From Mycobacterium tuberculosis H37Rv (GTDB taxonomy: Bacteria > Actinomycetota > Actinomycetes > Mycobacteriales > Mycobacteriaceae): a stretch of 32,000 nt of DNA. The notes beneath the pieces are model-generated. The model was not told the origin of the DNA. It did not search any database and worked only from the letters and a program-made list of their open reading frames with translations. Below are positions 1 through 10,557 of this stretch, piece by piece (within the stretch, counting starts at the first letter, position 1; each line of letters starts with the position of its first letter). A program made the translations under genes and the position numbers. The DNA is taken from the NCBI RefSeq assembly GCF_000195955.2, contig NC_000962.3, forward strand, positions 840,001-872,000, written 5' to 3'.

Positions 1-856
1 CGCCGGGGCCGGCGGGGCCGGTGGTGCCGGCGCGGTCGGTGGCAATGGCGGGGCCGGCGGTAACGGCGGGCTGTTCGCCAACGGGGGAGCCGGCGGGCCC
101 GGTGGGTTTGGCAGCCCCGCTGGGGCTGGCGGGATCGGCGGGGCAGGTGGGAACGGCGGGCTGTTCGGCGCCGGCGGGACCGGCGGGGCCGGCGGGGGAA
201 GCACCCTCGCCGGCGGCGCCGGCGGGGCGGGCGGCAACGGCGGGCTGTTCGGCGCCGGCGGCACCGGCGGCGCCGGCAGCCATAGCACCGCCGCCGGAGT
301 TTCCGGAGGGGCCGGCGGGGCCGGCGGCGACGCCGGCTTGCTCTCCCTCGGCGCCTCCGGCGGGGCCGGCGGCAGCGGCGGTTCCAGCCTGACCGCCGCC
401 GGCGTGGTCGGCGGCATCGGCGGCGCCGGAGGCTTGCTCTTCGGCTCCGGCGGCGCCGGCGGGAGCGGCGGGTTCAGCAACTCTGGCAACGGCGGCGCCG
501 GCGGGGCCGGCGGCGACGCGGGTTTGCTCGTCGGCTCCGGCGGGGCCGGCGGGGCCGGCGCCTCCGCCACCGGCGCCGCCACCGGCGGGGACGGCGGGGC
601 CGGCGGCAAGTCCGGAGCGTTCGGTCTCGGAGGTGACGGCGGCGCCGGCGGCGCCACCGGTTTGTCCGGTGCTTTCCACATCGGCGGCAAGGGCGGCGTC
701 GGCGGCAGCGCCGTGCTGATCGGCAACGGCGGCAACGGCGGCAACGGCGGTAACAGCGGTAACGCCGGGAAATCCGGGGGTGCACCCGGCCCCAGCGGCG
801 CCGGCGGCGCCGGCGGGCTGCTGCTCGGTGAGAACGGGCTGAACGGCTTGATGTAG
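1..856 (+). CDS. PE_PGRS10: PE_PGRS family protein, C-terminal PGRS part only (5' truncated by window edge); PE_PGRS10-like
   Basis: Frame 2 is open from base 2 to the TAG at 854-856 and encodes continuous GGAGG/GGNGG/GLLFGxGG repeats; followed directly by VapBC31 as in M. tuberculosis. Confidence 0.9.
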   Translation, partial: AGAGGAGGAGAVGGNGGAGGNGGLFANGGAGGPGGFGSPAGAGGIGGAGGNGGLFGAGGTGGAGGGSTLAGGAGGAGGNGGLFGAGGTGGAGSHSTAAGVSGGAGGAGGDAGLLSLGASGGAGGSGGSSLTAAGVVGGIGGAGGLLFGSGGAGGSGGFSNSGNGGAGGAGGDAGLLVGSGGAGGAGASATGAATGGDGGAGGKSGAFGLGGDGGAGGATGLSGAFHIGGKGGVGGSAVLIGNGGNGGNGGNSGNAGKSGGAPGPSGAGGAGGLLLGENGLNGLM

Positions 857-946
857 CCGGCGGGCCTGCGACCGCGCGCGGCGTTGACAGCATCGCTTCG
901 GCCGCTCGACCGCAGATGATGCTGTTGATGCGTTACCGTGTGCATC

Positions 947-1204
947 ATGCGCACCACGGTGTCAATCTCCGATGAAATACTCGCTGCCGCCAAACGCCGG
1001 GCCCGCGAGCGTGGTCAATCGCTGGGCGCTGTGATCGAGGACGCCCTTCGGCGGGAGTTCGCCGCCGCCCACGTCGGCGGCGCCCGCCCGACCGTCCCGG
1101 TTTTCGACGGCGGCACCGGTCCGCGGCGAGGCATCGACCTGACCTCGAATAGAGCGTTGTCCGAAGTGCTCGACGAGGGCCTGGAACTGAACTCCCGGAA
1201 GTAA
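947..1204 (+). CDS. vapB31: VapB-type antitoxin (VapB31), 85 aa
   Basis: [38 protein letters not shown] ribbon-helix-helix N-terminus; directly upstream of a PIN toxin. ATG at 947 preferred over the 938 start in the ORF track. Confidence 0.9.
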   Translation: MRTTVSISDEILAAAKRRARERGQSLGAVIEDALRREFAAAHVGGARPTVPVFDGGTGPRRGIDLTSNRALSEVLDEGLELNSRK

Positions 1205-1227
1205 CCCCCAATAGGCGCAGAACGGCA

Positions 1228-1656
1228 ATGTTCCTTCTCGACGCCAACGTGCTGCTGGCTGCACACCGCGGTGACCACCCGAATCACCGAACCGTCCGCC
1301 CCTGGTTCGATCGACTGCTCGCGGCTGACGACCCCTTCACAGTGCCGAACCTGGTATGGGCGTCGTTCCTCCGGCTGGCAACGAATCGACGCATCTTCGA
1401 GATTCCGTCACCGCGAGCAGAGGCATTCGCATTCGTCGAAGCCGTCACCGCCCAGCCCCATCACCTTCCGACGAACCCCGGTCCCAGACACCTCATGCTG
1501 CTGCGAAAACTCTGCGACGAGGCCGACGCATCGGGCGACTTGATACCTGACGCGGTACTCGCGGCCATAGCAGTGGGGCATCACTGCGCCGTGGTGAGCC
1601 TGGACAGGGATTTCGCCCGGTTTGCCTCGGTGCGCCACATTCGCCCGCCGCTCTAG
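1228..1656 (+). CDS. vapC31: PIN-domain ribonuclease toxin VapC31, 142 aa
   Basis: [16 protein letters not shown]...[26 protein letters not shown]: PIN-domain acidic motifs (LDAN, D..LAAIA, DRDF); 23 bp after vapB. Confidence 0.92.
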   Translation: MFLLDANVLLAAHRGDHPNHRTVRPWFDRLLAADDPFTVPNLVWASFLRLATNRRIFEIPSPRAEAFAFVEAVTAQPHHLPTNPGPRHLMLLRKLCDEADASGDLIPDAVLAAIAVGHHCAVVSLDRDFARFASVRHIRPPL

Positions 1657-1737
1657 CGAGCGGTCCTCAAGTACAGTCGGCGACCGGACAAACCGCTGCG
1701 CCAGACGATTCACCGTCCTCGCGTCAATTCGAGCAGC

Positions 1738-1920
1738 TACGGCCGAAAGCCAAGGGCCTTCTTGGTCGGGGTGAAAAAGTTCAGACGCAGCGACACCAGC
1801 TGCCACAGCTGGTTGAGCAACTCCAGTTCCTCGGTGCTGTCGTAGCGCCAGTGGAACGCGTGTTTGCGCACCACACGGTTGTTCTTTCGACTCCACGTGC
1901 GCCTGGTCGTTCGTCTGGTA
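1738..1920 (-). pseudogene. DDE integrase/transposase C-terminal remnant, frameshifted and truncated
   Basis: Minus strand reads [12 protein letters not shown] (one frame) then [49 protein letters not shown] (next frame); typical mycobacterial integrase-core C-terminus. One extra A (T at 1885-1887 on + strand) explains the frame change. Confidence 0.75.
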
Positions 1921-2018
1921 CACCAGGCTACCGGGCTATCGGATTCGGCCCCAAACCTCAGGAGCCGCCTCCGGATCCGGTGCCGTTTCCGCCCTACCAG
2001 CCGAAGGTGTGGGACTAA
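1860..2018 (+). other. Possible small ORF or C-terminal gene fragment ending ...[31 protein letters not shown]
   Basis: In-frame GTG at 1860 to TAA at 2016-2018. The proline-rich tail looks protein-like, but the first part overlaps the antisense integrase fossil. Confidence 0.3.
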
Positions 2019-2032
2019 ACTATCTAGGGCAA

Positions 2033-2278
2033 GTGCGGGCCATAGTGGGCGACTGCGTCATCCACATCATGCCGATGGGCACCGGGGTCGAGCTGAGCAA
2101 GTTGGCCGATCTGGCATTGGATATCGGCCGCAGTGTCGGATGCTCGGCCTACGAGAACGACTTCACGCTGCCGGACATTCCAACGCAGTGGCGCAACCAG
2201 CCGCTGGGCTGGTACACGCAAGGCCTTGCCCCCTACCTGCCGGGGCTGTCGGACCCGAAAGACGCCGCCGAGGGCTGA
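2033..2278 (+). CDS. Conserved hypothetical protein (Rv0750-like), 81 aa
   Basis: ORF 2009..2278 with internal GTG at 2033; [52 protein letters not shown]; sits between vapC31 and mmsB. Confidence 0.65.
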   Translation: MRAIVGDCVIHIMPMGTGVELSKLADLALDIGRSVGCSAYENDFTLPDIPTQWRNQPLGWYTQGLAPYLPGLSDPKDAAEG

Positions 2279-2346
2279 TGGGTGTGCCGGCGACCTCTGA
2301 GGGCGAGCAGACGCATAAGCGCCCAATTTCGTGTCGAAATGGGCGC

Positions 2347-3231
2347 TTATGCGTCTGCTCGCGCGCGCAACGTGTGGATCACCGCGCTGAAGTCCAGGTC
2401 GGCGTGGTCGGCGGCGAATTTGGCGTAGATGTCGGCGGCGTGGCTGCCCAGCGGGGCCGTCGCACCGGTGGCGGCCACCGCATCCATCGCCAGGCCCAGG
2501 TCCTTGTTCATCAACGCGGTCGAAAACCCGGGCTTGAAGTCGTTGTTGGCCGGTGAGGTGGGCACCGGGCCCGGCACCGGGCAATTGGTGTGCACCGCCC
2601 AGCAATTGCCGGTCGCGCCGGTGATGACGTCGAACAACGATTGTGCGGACAGCCCGAGCTTCTCGGCCAGCACGAACGCCTCGGCGATCGCGATCTGCTG
2701 CACCGCCAGCACCATGTTGTTGCACACCTTGGCGGCCTGTCCGGCACCGGCGGCGCCGCAGTGAATGATCTTGCCCGCCATGGGCTCTAGTACCGGGCGT
2801 GCCCGCCGTAGCGTGGACTCGTCGCCGCCGACCATGAATGCCAGCGTCGCGGCGGCGGCGCCCTTCACCCCGCCGGAGACCGGCGCATCCAGTTGGAGCA
2901 TGCCGTGCGATTCGGCCAGCGCGTGCACCTCACGGGCATCGGTGACCGAGATCGTGGAGCTGTCGATGAACAGCGTTGCCGGACGCGCGGCGGCCAGCAC
3001 GTCGGTGTAGCAGCGCCGGACCACCTCGCCGGTGGGCAGCATGGTGATGACCACGTCGGCCTCGGCCACCGCTTCGGGCGCGCTACGAAACACCGCGACA
3101 CCGTGCGCGGCGGCGCCGGACGCCGCCGTGGGTGCCGGGTCGAATCCACGCACGACGTGGCCCGCACCAACCAGATTCGCCGACATCGGCGCACCCATGT
3201 TGCCCAAACCTAGGAAGGCGATGGTCGTCAT
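2347..3231 (-). CDS. mmsB: 3-hydroxyisobutyrate dehydrogenase, 294 aa (Rv0751c)
   Basis: MTTIAFLGLGNMGAPMSANLVGAGH Rossmann motif, DAPVSGGVKGA, GxxGxGQAAKVCNNM motif; next to fadE9 and mmsA. ATG at 3229-3231. Confidence 0.95.
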   Translation of the reverse strand: MTTIAFLGLGNMGAPMSANLVGAGHVVRGFDPAPTAASGAAAHGVAVFRSAPEAVAEADVVITMLPTGEVVRRCYTDVLAAARPATLFIDSSTISVTDAREVHALAESHGMLQLDAPVSGGVKGAAAATLAFMVGGDESTLRRARPVLEPMAGKIIHCGAAGAGQAAKVCNNMVLAVQQIAIAEAFVLAEKLGLSAQSLFDVITGATGNCWAVHTNCPVPGPVPTSPANNDFKPGFSTALMNKDLGLAMDAVAATGATAPLGSHAADIYAKFAADHADLDFSAVIHTLRARADA

Positions 3232-3241
3232 CTGAGCCTCT

Positions 3242-4414
3242 CTAAACGGTGGCGCGGAACCGCGCGGCCTCGGCCCGACCGATGACCAGCCGCATGATCT
3301 CGTTGGTCCCTTCCAGGATGCGATGCACCCGCAGGTCGCGGACGATCTTCTCCAGACCATACTCGCGCAGATAGCCATAGCCGCCGTGCAGCTGCAGGGC
3401 CTGGTCGGCGACCTCAAAGCAGGTGTCGGTGACGTAGCGCTTGGCCATCGCACACAGCTCGACCTTGTCGGCGTCGTCGTCATCGAGCGCACTTGCGGCC
3501 CGCCACAACAACATTCGCGACGTCTGCAGCCCGGTAGCCATGTCGGCCAGGGTAAACCGCACGGTGGGCTCGTCGAGCAGCGATCCGCCGAAGGCCTGTC
3601 GGTCGCGAACGTAGGCGCCCGCTTTGTCAAAGGCGGCCTGCGCGCCACCCAGCGAGCATGCTGCGATATTGAGCCGGCCGCCGTTGAGGCCGCTCATCGC
3701 GATACCGAAGCCGGCGCCTTCGCCGTCGGCGCCGCCCAGCATGGCCTCGGCGGGTACCCGCACCCCGTCCAGCACCACCTGCGCGGTGGGTTGGGCATGC
3801 CAACCCATCTTCGCTTCGGGCGCGCCGAAACTCAGCCCCGGTGTGCCCTTTTCGACGATGAACGCCGACACGCCGCGCGGACCCTCGGCGCCCGTGCGCG
3901 CCATCACCACATACACGTCCGATGCTGCGGCCCCGGAAATGAATTGTTTGACGCCATCGAGCACGTAGTCGCCGCCTTTTCCTGAGCCGTGCCTGACGGC
4001 GCGGGTGCTCAGTGCGCCGGCATCGGATCCGGCGCCCGGTTCGGTCAGGCAGTAGCTGGCGATGACGCCCATGGTGGCCAGTCGCGGAATCCAGTCCTTG
4101 CGTTGCTCGTCGGTGCCGAAGCTGTCAATCATCCACGCGCACATGTTGTGGATGGACAAAAACGCGGCGGTCACCGGGTCGGCGATCGCCAACTGCTCGA
4201 AGATGCGCACGCCGTCGAGCCGGCGCAGCCCACTGCCGCCGACGTCGTCGCGGCAATAGATCGCGGCCATGCCGAGTTCGGCCGCTTCCCGCAACACGTC
4301 CACCGGAAAGTGTTTGGCGGCATCCCATTCCAGGGCGTGCGGAGCCAGGCGTTTGCCGGCGAAGGCGGCCGCCGTCTCGACGATCACCCGTTCGTCGTCG
4401 TTAAGGACAAACAT
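3242..4414 (-). CDS. fadE9: Acyl-CoA dehydrogenase, 390 aa (Rv0752c)
   Basis: YCLTEPGAGSDAGAL, RxFGGSLLDEPTVRFTLADM and LQLHGGYGYLREYGLEKIVRDLRVHRILEGTNEIMRLVI acyl-CoA dehydrogenase signatures. Confidence 0.95.
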   Translation of the reverse strand: MFVLNDDERVIVETAAAFAGKRLAPHALEWDAAKHFPVDVLREAAELGMAAIYCRDDVGGSGLRRLDGVRIFEQLAIADPVTAAFLSIHNMCAWMIDSFGTDEQRKDWIPRLATMGVIASYCLTEPGAGSDAGALSTRAVRHGSGKGGDYVLDGVKQFISGAAASDVYVVMARTGAEGPRGVSAFIVEKGTPGLSFGAPEAKMGWHAQPTAQVVLDGVRVPAEAMLGGADGEGAGFGIAMSGLNGGRLNIAACSLGGAQAAFDKAGAYVRDRQAFGGSLLDEPTVRFTLADMATGLQTSRMLLWRAASALDDDDADKVELCAMAKRYVTDTCFEVADQALQLHGGYGYLREYGLEKIVRDLRVHRILEGTNEIMRLVIGRAEAARFRATV

Positions 4415-4420
4415 GACACG

Positions 4421-5953
4421 CTAACTCATTGTGGGGATGACGAATTCGGCACCGTCCTTGATGCCTGACGGCCATCGCGACGTGACGGTCTTGACCTTGG
4501 TGTAGAACTGGATTGCCGCCGGGCCGTGCTGGTTGAGGTCGCCGAAGCCGGAGCGCTTCCAGCCGCCGAAAGTGTGGTAGGCCACCGGCACCGGGATCGG
4601 CACGTTGACGCCGACCATGCCCACCTGCACCCGGGAGACGAAGTCGCGGGCCGCGTCGCCGTCGCGGGTGAAGATCGCCACCCCGTTGCCGTATTCGTGC
4701 TCCGACGGCAGCCGCAACGCCTCTTCGTAGTCGCGGGCGCGAACCATGCACAACACCGGCCCGAAGATTTCGTCGGTGTAGATCGACATGTGGGCAGCGA
4801 CATGGTCGAACAGGGTCGGCCCGATGAAGAAGCCGCCCTCCAGGTTCGCATCGCCTTCAGGCAGCCCAAAGGTCAGGTCGTCGCTGGCGCGGTCGCGGCC
4901 GTCAACGACCAGCTCGGCACCGGCGGCCACACCCTGGCCGATGTAGTCGCGCACCCGCGCCAGCGCCGCCCCGGTGACCAGCGGGCCGTAGTCCGCCTTG
5001 GGGTCCAGGCTGTGTCCCACCCGCAAGTTATTGATCCGCTCGATCAGCCTGGCGCGCAACCGCTCCGCGGTCTGATCGCCCACCGGCACGGCGACGCTGA
5101 TCGCCATGCAGCGTTCGCCGGCGCTGCCGTATCCGGCGCCGATCAGTGCGTCCACGGCCTGATCCAGGTCCGCGTCGGGCATCACGATCATGTGGTTCTT
5201 GGCACCGCCGAAACACTGCGCCCGCTTGCCGGTGGCGGCGGCACCAGCGTAGATGTACTGAGCGATATCCGAGCTGCCGACGAAGCCGACGGCCTTGATG
5301 TCGGGGTGGTGCAGGATGGCGTCGACGGCCTCCTTGTCGCCGTGCACCACCTGGAACACGCCCGCCGGCAGGCCCGCCTCGATGAACAGCTCGGCCAGCC
5401 TCACCGGAACCGACGGGTCGCGCTCACTTGGCTTGAGCACGAAGGCGTTGCCGCACGCTAGGGCCGGGCCGGCCTTCCACAGCGGAATCATCGCCGGGAA
5501 GTTGAACGGGGTGATCCCCGCGACCACACCCAGGGGCTGCCGCAGCGAATAGACGTCGATGCCGGGGCCGGCACCCTCGGTGTACTCGCCCTTGAGCAGG
5601 TGGGGAATGCCCAGGCAGAACTCGATTACCTCGATGCCGCGCTGGACGTCGCCGCGGGCGTCGGCCAGCGTTTTGCCGTGCTCACGCGACAACAGCTCGG
5701 CCAACTCGTCGATGGTGTCGTTGACCAGTTCGATAAACCGCATCAACACCCGGGCACGGCGCTGGGGATTCCATGCGGCCCAGCCCTTTTGGGCCTCGAC
5801 CGCGGAGGCCACGGCCGCGTCGATGTCTGACTTGCCGGCCATCGGTACCTTCGCCTGGATCTGGCCGGTGTTGGGGTCGAAGACGTCGGCCGAGCGCGTG
5901 GACTGGCCGGCGGTGCGTTGTCCGTCGATGAAATGTGAAATCTGTGTGGTCAT
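4421..5953 (-). CDS. mmsA: Methylmalonate-semialdehyde dehydrogenase, 510 aa (Rv0753c)
   Basis: MTTQISHFIDGQRTAG...; PLGVVAGITPFNFPAMIPLW; GAKNHMIVMPDADLDQAVDALIGAGYGSAGERCMAISVAVPVG catalytic region. Start at 5953 rather than 5968. Confidence 0.95.
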   Translation of the reverse strand: MTTQISHFIDGQRTAGQSTRSADVFDPNTGQIQAKVPMAGKSDIDAAVASAVEAQKGWAAWNPQRRARVLMRFIELVNDTIDELAELLSREHGKTLADARGDVQRGIEVIEFCLGIPHLLKGEYTEGAGPGIDVYSLRQPLGVVAGITPFNFPAMIPLWKAGPALACGNAFVLKPSERDPSVPVRLAELFIEAGLPAGVFQVVHGDKEAVDAILHHPDIKAVGFVGSSDIAQYIYAGAAATGKRAQCFGGAKNHMIVMPDADLDQAVDALIGAGYGSAGERCMAISVAVPVGDQTAERLRARLIERINNLRVGHSLDPKADYGPLVTGAALARVRDYIGQGVAAGAELVVDGRDRASDDLTFGLPEGDANLEGGFFIGPTLFDHVAAHMSIYTDEIFGPVLCMVRARDYEEALRLPSEHEYGNGVAIFTRDGDAARDFVSRVQVGMVGVNVPIPVPVAYHTFGGWKRSGFGDLNQHGPAAIQFYTKVKTVTSRWPSGIKDGAEFVIPTMS

Positions 5954-6158
5954 GGTTGTCCTGTGCAAGCCGGTGGCGGCGGGGAATCCCGATACTTGGA
6001 TATCCTAGTAACTGTGGCGGATGGCTCGCAAGGCGACCGAGCCGACAGCGTCCTAGCGGGAGACGCTTGGATGCTCGTTGCATTTTGGCCGATACCCGCA
6101 TCTGTTCCGGCGCTGCGCTCCATCATGGCTAGTACGCGACAACACCCGGGGGTAAGCG

Positions 6159-7913
6159 ATGTCATTTGTGATCGTGGCGCGGGACGCGTTGGCGGCGGCC
6201 GCGGCGGATCTAGCGCAGATCGGTTCGGCAGTGAATGCGGGCAATCTGGCCGCAGCCAATCCGACGACCGCTGTGGCGGCGGCGGCCGCCGACGAGGTAT
6301 CGGCGGCACTCGCGGCGCTGTTCGGCGCGCATGCCCGGGAGTATCAGGCGGCGGCGGCGCAGGCAGCGGCGTATCACGAGCAGTTTGTGCACCGATTGAG
6401 CGCGGCAGCGACATCGTATGCGGTTACCGAGGTGACCATCGCGACGTCGCTCCGGGGGGCGCTGGGCTCGGCGCCCGCGTCCGTTTCCGACGGGTTCCAA
6501 GCGTTCGTCTATGGTCCGATTCACGCGACCGGCCAGCAATGGATCAACAGCCCGGTCGGCGAGGCGCTCGCCCCGATTGTCAATGCGCCGACAAACGTGC
6601 TGCTCGGCCGCGATCTGATCGGCAACGGCGTCACCGGGACGGCGGCAGCTCCCAACGGTGGCCCCGGCGGTTTGCTATTCGGTGACGGTGGGGCCGGCTA
6701 TACCGGCGGTAACGGTGGGAGTGCCGGGTTAATCGGCAACGGGGGTACCGGTGGCGCCGGCTTTGCCGGCGGAGTGGGCGGCATGGGCGGCACCGGCGGC
6801 TGGTTGATGGGCAACGGCGGCATGGGTGGCGCGGGCGGTGTCGGCGGTAACGGCGGCGCCGGGGGCCAGGCGCTGTTGTTCGGCAACGGCGGCCTGGGCG
6901 GAGCCGGCGGGGCTGGCGGGGTCGATGGGGCTATCGGTCGTGGCGGGTGGTTCATCGGTACCGGCGGCATGGCCACGATCGGTGGTGGCGGCAACGGGCA
7001 GTCGATCGTCATCGACTTCGTGCGGCACGGCCAGACGCCGGGCAACGCCGCAATGTTGATCGACACGGCGGTGCCCGGACCCGGACTCACCGCGCTGGGC
7101 CAGCAACAGGCGCAGGCCATCGCCAACGCGCTCGCGGCCAAGGGCCCCTATGCCGGGATCTTCGACTCGCAGTTGATCAGAACGCAGCAGACCGCCGCGC
7201 CGTTGGCGAACTTGCTGGGGATGGCCCCGCAGGTATTGCCCGGGCTCAACGAGATCCATGCCGGCATCTTCGAGGACCTGCCGCAGATCAGCCCCGCGGG
7301 CCTGCTGTATCTCGTCGGCCCGATCGCCTGGACGCTCGGATTTCCCATCGTGCCGATGCTGGCCCCGGGCTCCACCGACGTCAACGGGATCGTCTTCAAC
7401 CGAGCCTTTACCGGTGCGGTTCAAACGATCTACGACGCTTCCTTGGCCAATCCGGTCGTGGCCGCAGACGGCAACATCACGTCGGTCGCTTACTCCAGCG
7501 CATTCACCATCGGGGTCGGGACGATGATGAACGTCGACAATCCCCATCCGCTACTGCTGCTCACCCACCCGGTGCCCAACACCGGCGCCGTCGTGGTACA
7601 GGGCAATCCCGAGGGCGGCTGGACGCTGGTCAGCTGGGACGGGATACCCGTCGGGCCGGCGTCGCTGCCGACCGCGTTATTCGTCGACGTGCGCGAGCTG
7701 ATCACGGCGCCGCAATATGCGGCCTACGACATTTGGGAGTCCCTGTTCACCGGCGATCCGGCGGCGGTCATCAACGCGGTGCGAGACGGTGCCGATGAGG
7801 TCGGCGCGGCTGTGGTCCAGTTCCCACATGCGGTGGCTGACGACGTGATCGACGCTACGGGCCACCCCTATCTAAGCGGCCTGCCGATCGGTCTGCCCAG
7901 CCTGATCCCATGA
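6159..7913 (+). CDS. PE_PGRS11: PE_PGRS protein with C-terminal histidine-phosphatase/phosphoglycerate-mutase domain, 584 aa (Rv0754)
   Basis: N-terminal PE domain [25 protein letters not shown]; central GGxGG repeats; C-terminal [15 protein letters not shown] (RHG signature). Confidence 0.95.
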   Translation: MSFVIVARDALAAAAADLAQIGSAVNAGNLAAANPTTAVAAAAADEVSAALAALFGAHAREYQAAAAQAAAYHEQFVHRLSAAATSYAVTEVTIATSLRGALGSAPASVSDGFQAFVYGPIHATGQQWINSPVGEALAPIVNAPTNVLLGRDLIGNGVTGTAAAPNGGPGGLLFGDGGAGYTGGNGGSAGLIGNGGTGGAGFAGGVGGMGGTGGWLMGNGGMGGAGGVGGNGGAGGQALLFGNGGLGGAGGAGGVDGAIGRGGWFIGTGGMATIGGGGNGQSIVIDFVRHGQTPGNAAMLIDTAVPGPGLTALGQQQAQAIANALAAKGPYAGIFDSQLIRTQQTAAPLANLLGMAPQVLPGLNEIHAGIFEDLPQISPAGLLYLVGPIAWTLGFPIVPMLAPGSTDVNGIVFNRAFTGAVQTIYDASLANPVVAADGNITSVAYSSAFTIGVGTMMNVDNPHPLLLLTHPVPNTGAVVVQGNPEGGWTLVSWDGIPVGPASLPTALFVDVRELITAPQYAAYDIWESLFTGDPAAVINAVRDGADEVGAAVVQFPHAVADDVIDATGHPYLSGLPIGLPSLIP

Positions 7914-8102
7914 CCGCGAGCGACCAATAGGTCCCCACATGGCCCGGAGGCCGCTGCCAGCATTGACCCGACGATGCCGGCCCGCAGGCTTCCCTGATCG
8001 TGCGGAACCTGCTCGGCCGTGCATGGGACATCCAGATCGGATTGCCTCCGGGTACGGCGTACGCCGGACCCGGTCGCCGGGACGATACCGGGCTAGTGTT
8101 AG

Positions 8103-10040
8103 CTAGCGGTGGAAAAAGCCCGACACGAAATCGATCGAATTAAAGCCACCAGAATCCTGCTTTCCAGAGTTCCCGAAACCCGATGTGGCGCTGTTGTTGT
8201 CGGGATTGGCTTCAAGATTACCGAAGCCCGACTGTAGAAAACCCGTATTGCCAAAGCCCGACATGAATCCACTGAACAGGCCGGTTCCCTTGTTCCCGAA
8301 ACCCGATGTTACACTAACCGAATTGTTGTAACCCGTTACCGATTGGCCCGAGTTGGCGAAGCCCGAGATTTGTAAATTACCAACGTTTTGGGCGCCGGAG
8401 TTTCCCCTACCAGAATTATTGAAACCCGAATTTCCACTGCCGGCGTTTCCGAATCCCGAGTTTTCGCCCAGCCCATCGGTAGTATTGCCGAAACCGGTGT
8501 TCAGGTTGCCCGCGTTAAAGCCGCCCGTGTTGATATTGCCAGAATTTGCGAAGCCGGTGTTCGTCAGGCCAGAGTTCAAGAAACCAGAATTAGCGTCTCC
8601 TCCGTTGAAGCTGCCTGAGTTGAATGCACCCGAGTTGAAGCTACCGGTGTTAATGATGCCGCCGTTGAAGTTGCCGGTGTTGAAATCGCCCGCGTTCCCT
8701 ATGCCGGTATTGGCCTGACCTGAGTTGCCAAAGCCAGTGTTGACGCTTAACGCGTTCCCGAAGCCGGTGTTGATAAAGCCGGAGTTTCCGAAGCCGGTGT
8801 TGATGTTGCCTGAGTTGGCTACGCCCGTGTTGGTGACGCCCGAGTTGCCCACGCCGAAGTTGCCGCTGCCCGAGTTGAAGAAGCCGATGTTCCCGGTGCC
8901 CGAGTTACCAAATCCTATATTACCGCTACCGGAATTCAGTCCGCCAAAGCCGATCTGATTGCTGCCGGTTAACCCAATGCCGATATTATTGTTGCCGGTG
9001 TTCCCGAAGCCGAAGTTGTAGCTGCCGCTGTTCCCGAAGCCAACGTTGCCGTCGCCTACGTTTCCCAGACCGATATTTGCGTTGCCCGTGTTACCACCGC
9101 CGAAGTTTCCATTGCCACCGTTGCCAATCCCGACATTCCCATTGCCGGGGGTGGGCACGGCGGGGGAACTCATGTTTGGACCTGCATTTCCGATACCAAT
9201 GTTGGCATTGCCAAAGTTCCCGAAGCCGAAGTTGTTGTCGCCAGAGTTGCCACCCCCGACGTTCGCATTACCGATGTTGCCGCTACCCACGTTAAAGCTG
9301 GACGGTCCGATGCCAACGTTTCCGTTTCCGCTACCCAGGTTGAAGTTGCCGATGTTGCCGCTACCCACGTTGAAGCTGGAAATCTGGCCGTGGAAGGCGC
9401 TTCCGTTTCCGCCGCCAAAGTTGGCGTTACCGAGGTTTCCATTACCCAGGTTGTAATCGCCGGTATTACCATTGCCGACATTGAGGTTGCCGATATTGCC
9501 GACACCCAAATTGATGTTTGGCAACGCCGGCTGCCACGACGCCAGCTGTGCCGCTGCCGCCGAGGATGCGGCATGGTAGCCGGCCATCACCGCCACGTCT
9601 TGTGCCCACATCTGCTCGTAGGTGGATTCCATGGCCGCTATGGCCGGCGCGTTTTGCCCGAACACATTCGACACCGCCAACAACCACGTCCGAACACGAT
9701 TGGCCTGCACCACCGCCGGATGCACCACGCCGGCCAGCGCCTCCTCAAATGCACCCGCCGCCGCCCGAGCCTGCCGCGCTGCCAGCTCGGCCTGGGCTCC
9801 AGCCGCGGTCAACCAGCTCGCATACGGCCCCGCGGCATTCGCCATCGCGGCCGACGCCGGTCCCTGCCAAGCGCCGCCGGCCAACTCCGACGTCACCGAC
9901 CCGAACGACGACGCCGCCGCGTGCAACTCCTCGGCCAACCCGTCCCAGGCCCCCGCCGCCGCCAATAGTGGCCGTGACCCCGCACCCAGATACATCCGTA
10001 GCGAATTGGTCTCCGGAGGCAACCACGCGAAACCGACCAT
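8103..10040 (-). CDS. PPE12: PPE-MPTR family protein, 645 aa (Rv0755c)
   Basis: [39 protein letters not shown] domain followed by a long NxGxGNxG array; ATG at 10038-10040. Confidence 0.95.
   Translation of the reverse strand: MVGFAWLPPETNSLRMYLGAGSRPLLAAAGAWDGLAEELHAAASSFGSVTSELAGGAWQGPASAAMANAAGPYASWLTAAGAQAELAARQARAAAGAFEEALAGVVHPAVVQANRVRTWLLAVSNVFGQNAPAIAAMESTYEQMWAQDVAVMAGYHAASSAAAAQLASWQPALPNINLGVGNIGNLNVGNGNTGDYNLGNGNLGNANFGGGNGSAFHGQISSFNVGSGNIGNFNLGSGNGNVGIGPSSFNVGSGNIGNANVGGGNSGDNNFGFGNFGNANIGIGNAGPNMSSPAVPTPGNGNVGIGNGGNGNFGGGNTGNANIGLGNVGDGNVGFGNSGSYNFGFGNTGNNNIGIGLTGSNQIGFGGLNSGSGNIGFGNSGTGNIGFFNSGSGNFGVGNSGVTNTGVANSGNINTGFGNSGFINTGFGNALSVNTGFGNSGQANTGIGNAGDFNTGNFNGGIINTGSFNSGAFNSGSFNGGDANSGFLNSGLTNTGFANSGNINTGGFNAGNLNTGFGNTTDGLGENSGFGNAGSGNSGFNNSGRGNSGAQNVGNLQISGFANSGQSVTGYNNSVSVTSGFGNKGTGLFSGFMSGFGNTGFLQSGFGNLEANPDNNSATSGFGNSGKQDSGGFNSIDFVSGFFHR
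8110..9520 (-). repeat. MPTR-type coding tandem repeats (pentapeptide NxGxGNxG)
   Basis: Repeated [15 protein letters not shown] and NVGNGNxG units throughout the PPE12 C-terminal region. Confidence 0.9.
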
Positions 10041-10305
10041 CACGGCCCCCTCACACCATTGACAAACCAGGACGCCTCGAGCCTAACTACACAACGCGAA
10101 GGGATTGGGACTTCTATCGGAATTGCGCCGCGTGCACTGGCCGCCGGCCTTTCCCCGCCAGCCTCGGTGTTTCATGCCGCTTGCCGTGGTCTGCCACCTG
10201 CGAGTTCGCATTTGTGCAGAGTCCCGTCGGGAGTTGTCAAAACTAAAACGGGCGATCTTGATCGCATCGGAAGCGCGAGATTGCGCCCTGAGCTGCGCCT
10301 TCGTG

Positions 10306-10350
10306 GAGCCCCCGGTCAGGATTGAACGGACGACCGCTCGCTTATAAGGC
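10306..10350 (-). repeat. Partial duplicate of the tRNA-Thr(TGT) 3' half (degenerate copy)
   Basis: gagcccccggtcaggattgaacggacgaccgctcgcttataaggc matches 10641-10685 gagccccctgtcaggattgaactgacgaccgctcgcttacaaggc at 42/45 positions, same orientation. Confidence 0.85.
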
Positions 10351-10557
10351 TGTTCCGGTACCGATCCTTAAGCCATCGAGGCCCTCGGCCTCATAGCGGG
10401 CCAACCAGGTATGCAGCGTCTGCCGCGACACCCCAACTTTCTCGGCAACCTGCGAGATCGACAACCCGTCGCTGATCACCGCCAACACGGCTTGATACCG
10501 CTGTTCTGCCACACTCAACTCCTTCATCGAAGGAGTGTCAAGGATCAGCCGAACCAA
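10342..10557 (-). mobile_element. Transposase N-terminal fragment, 71 aa (Rv0755A-like, IS481-type helix-turn-helix)
   Basis: ELSVAEQRYQAVLAVISDGLSISQVAEKVGVSRQTLHTWLARYEAEGLDGL is a classic transposase HTH; no DDE domain follows. Confidence 0.8.

Noticed and set aside
1-856. Dense short repeats that could resemble a CRISPR or satellite array
   Set aside because: The repeats are in-frame GGA/GGN PGRS codons with no constant-length spacers.
2347-3648. 433-aa minus-strand ORF in the track
   Set aside because: Only the part from 3231 downward is mmsB. The upstream extension is out-of-frame sequence of fadE9 in high-GC DNA.
4526-5461. 311-aa plus-strand ORF antisense to mmsA
   Set aside because: High-GC shadow ORF opposite a strongly supported enzyme gene, with no recognisable domain.
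8040-8102. CCCGGT...ACCGGG palindrome in the PE_PGRS11/PPE12 convergent gap as a terminator
   Set aside because: Arms are only 6 bp with a 12-nt loop and no U tract; support is too weak to call.
8103-9520. Regular repeats on the minus strand suggestive of an array
   Set aside because: Explained by MPTR coding repeats of PPE12.
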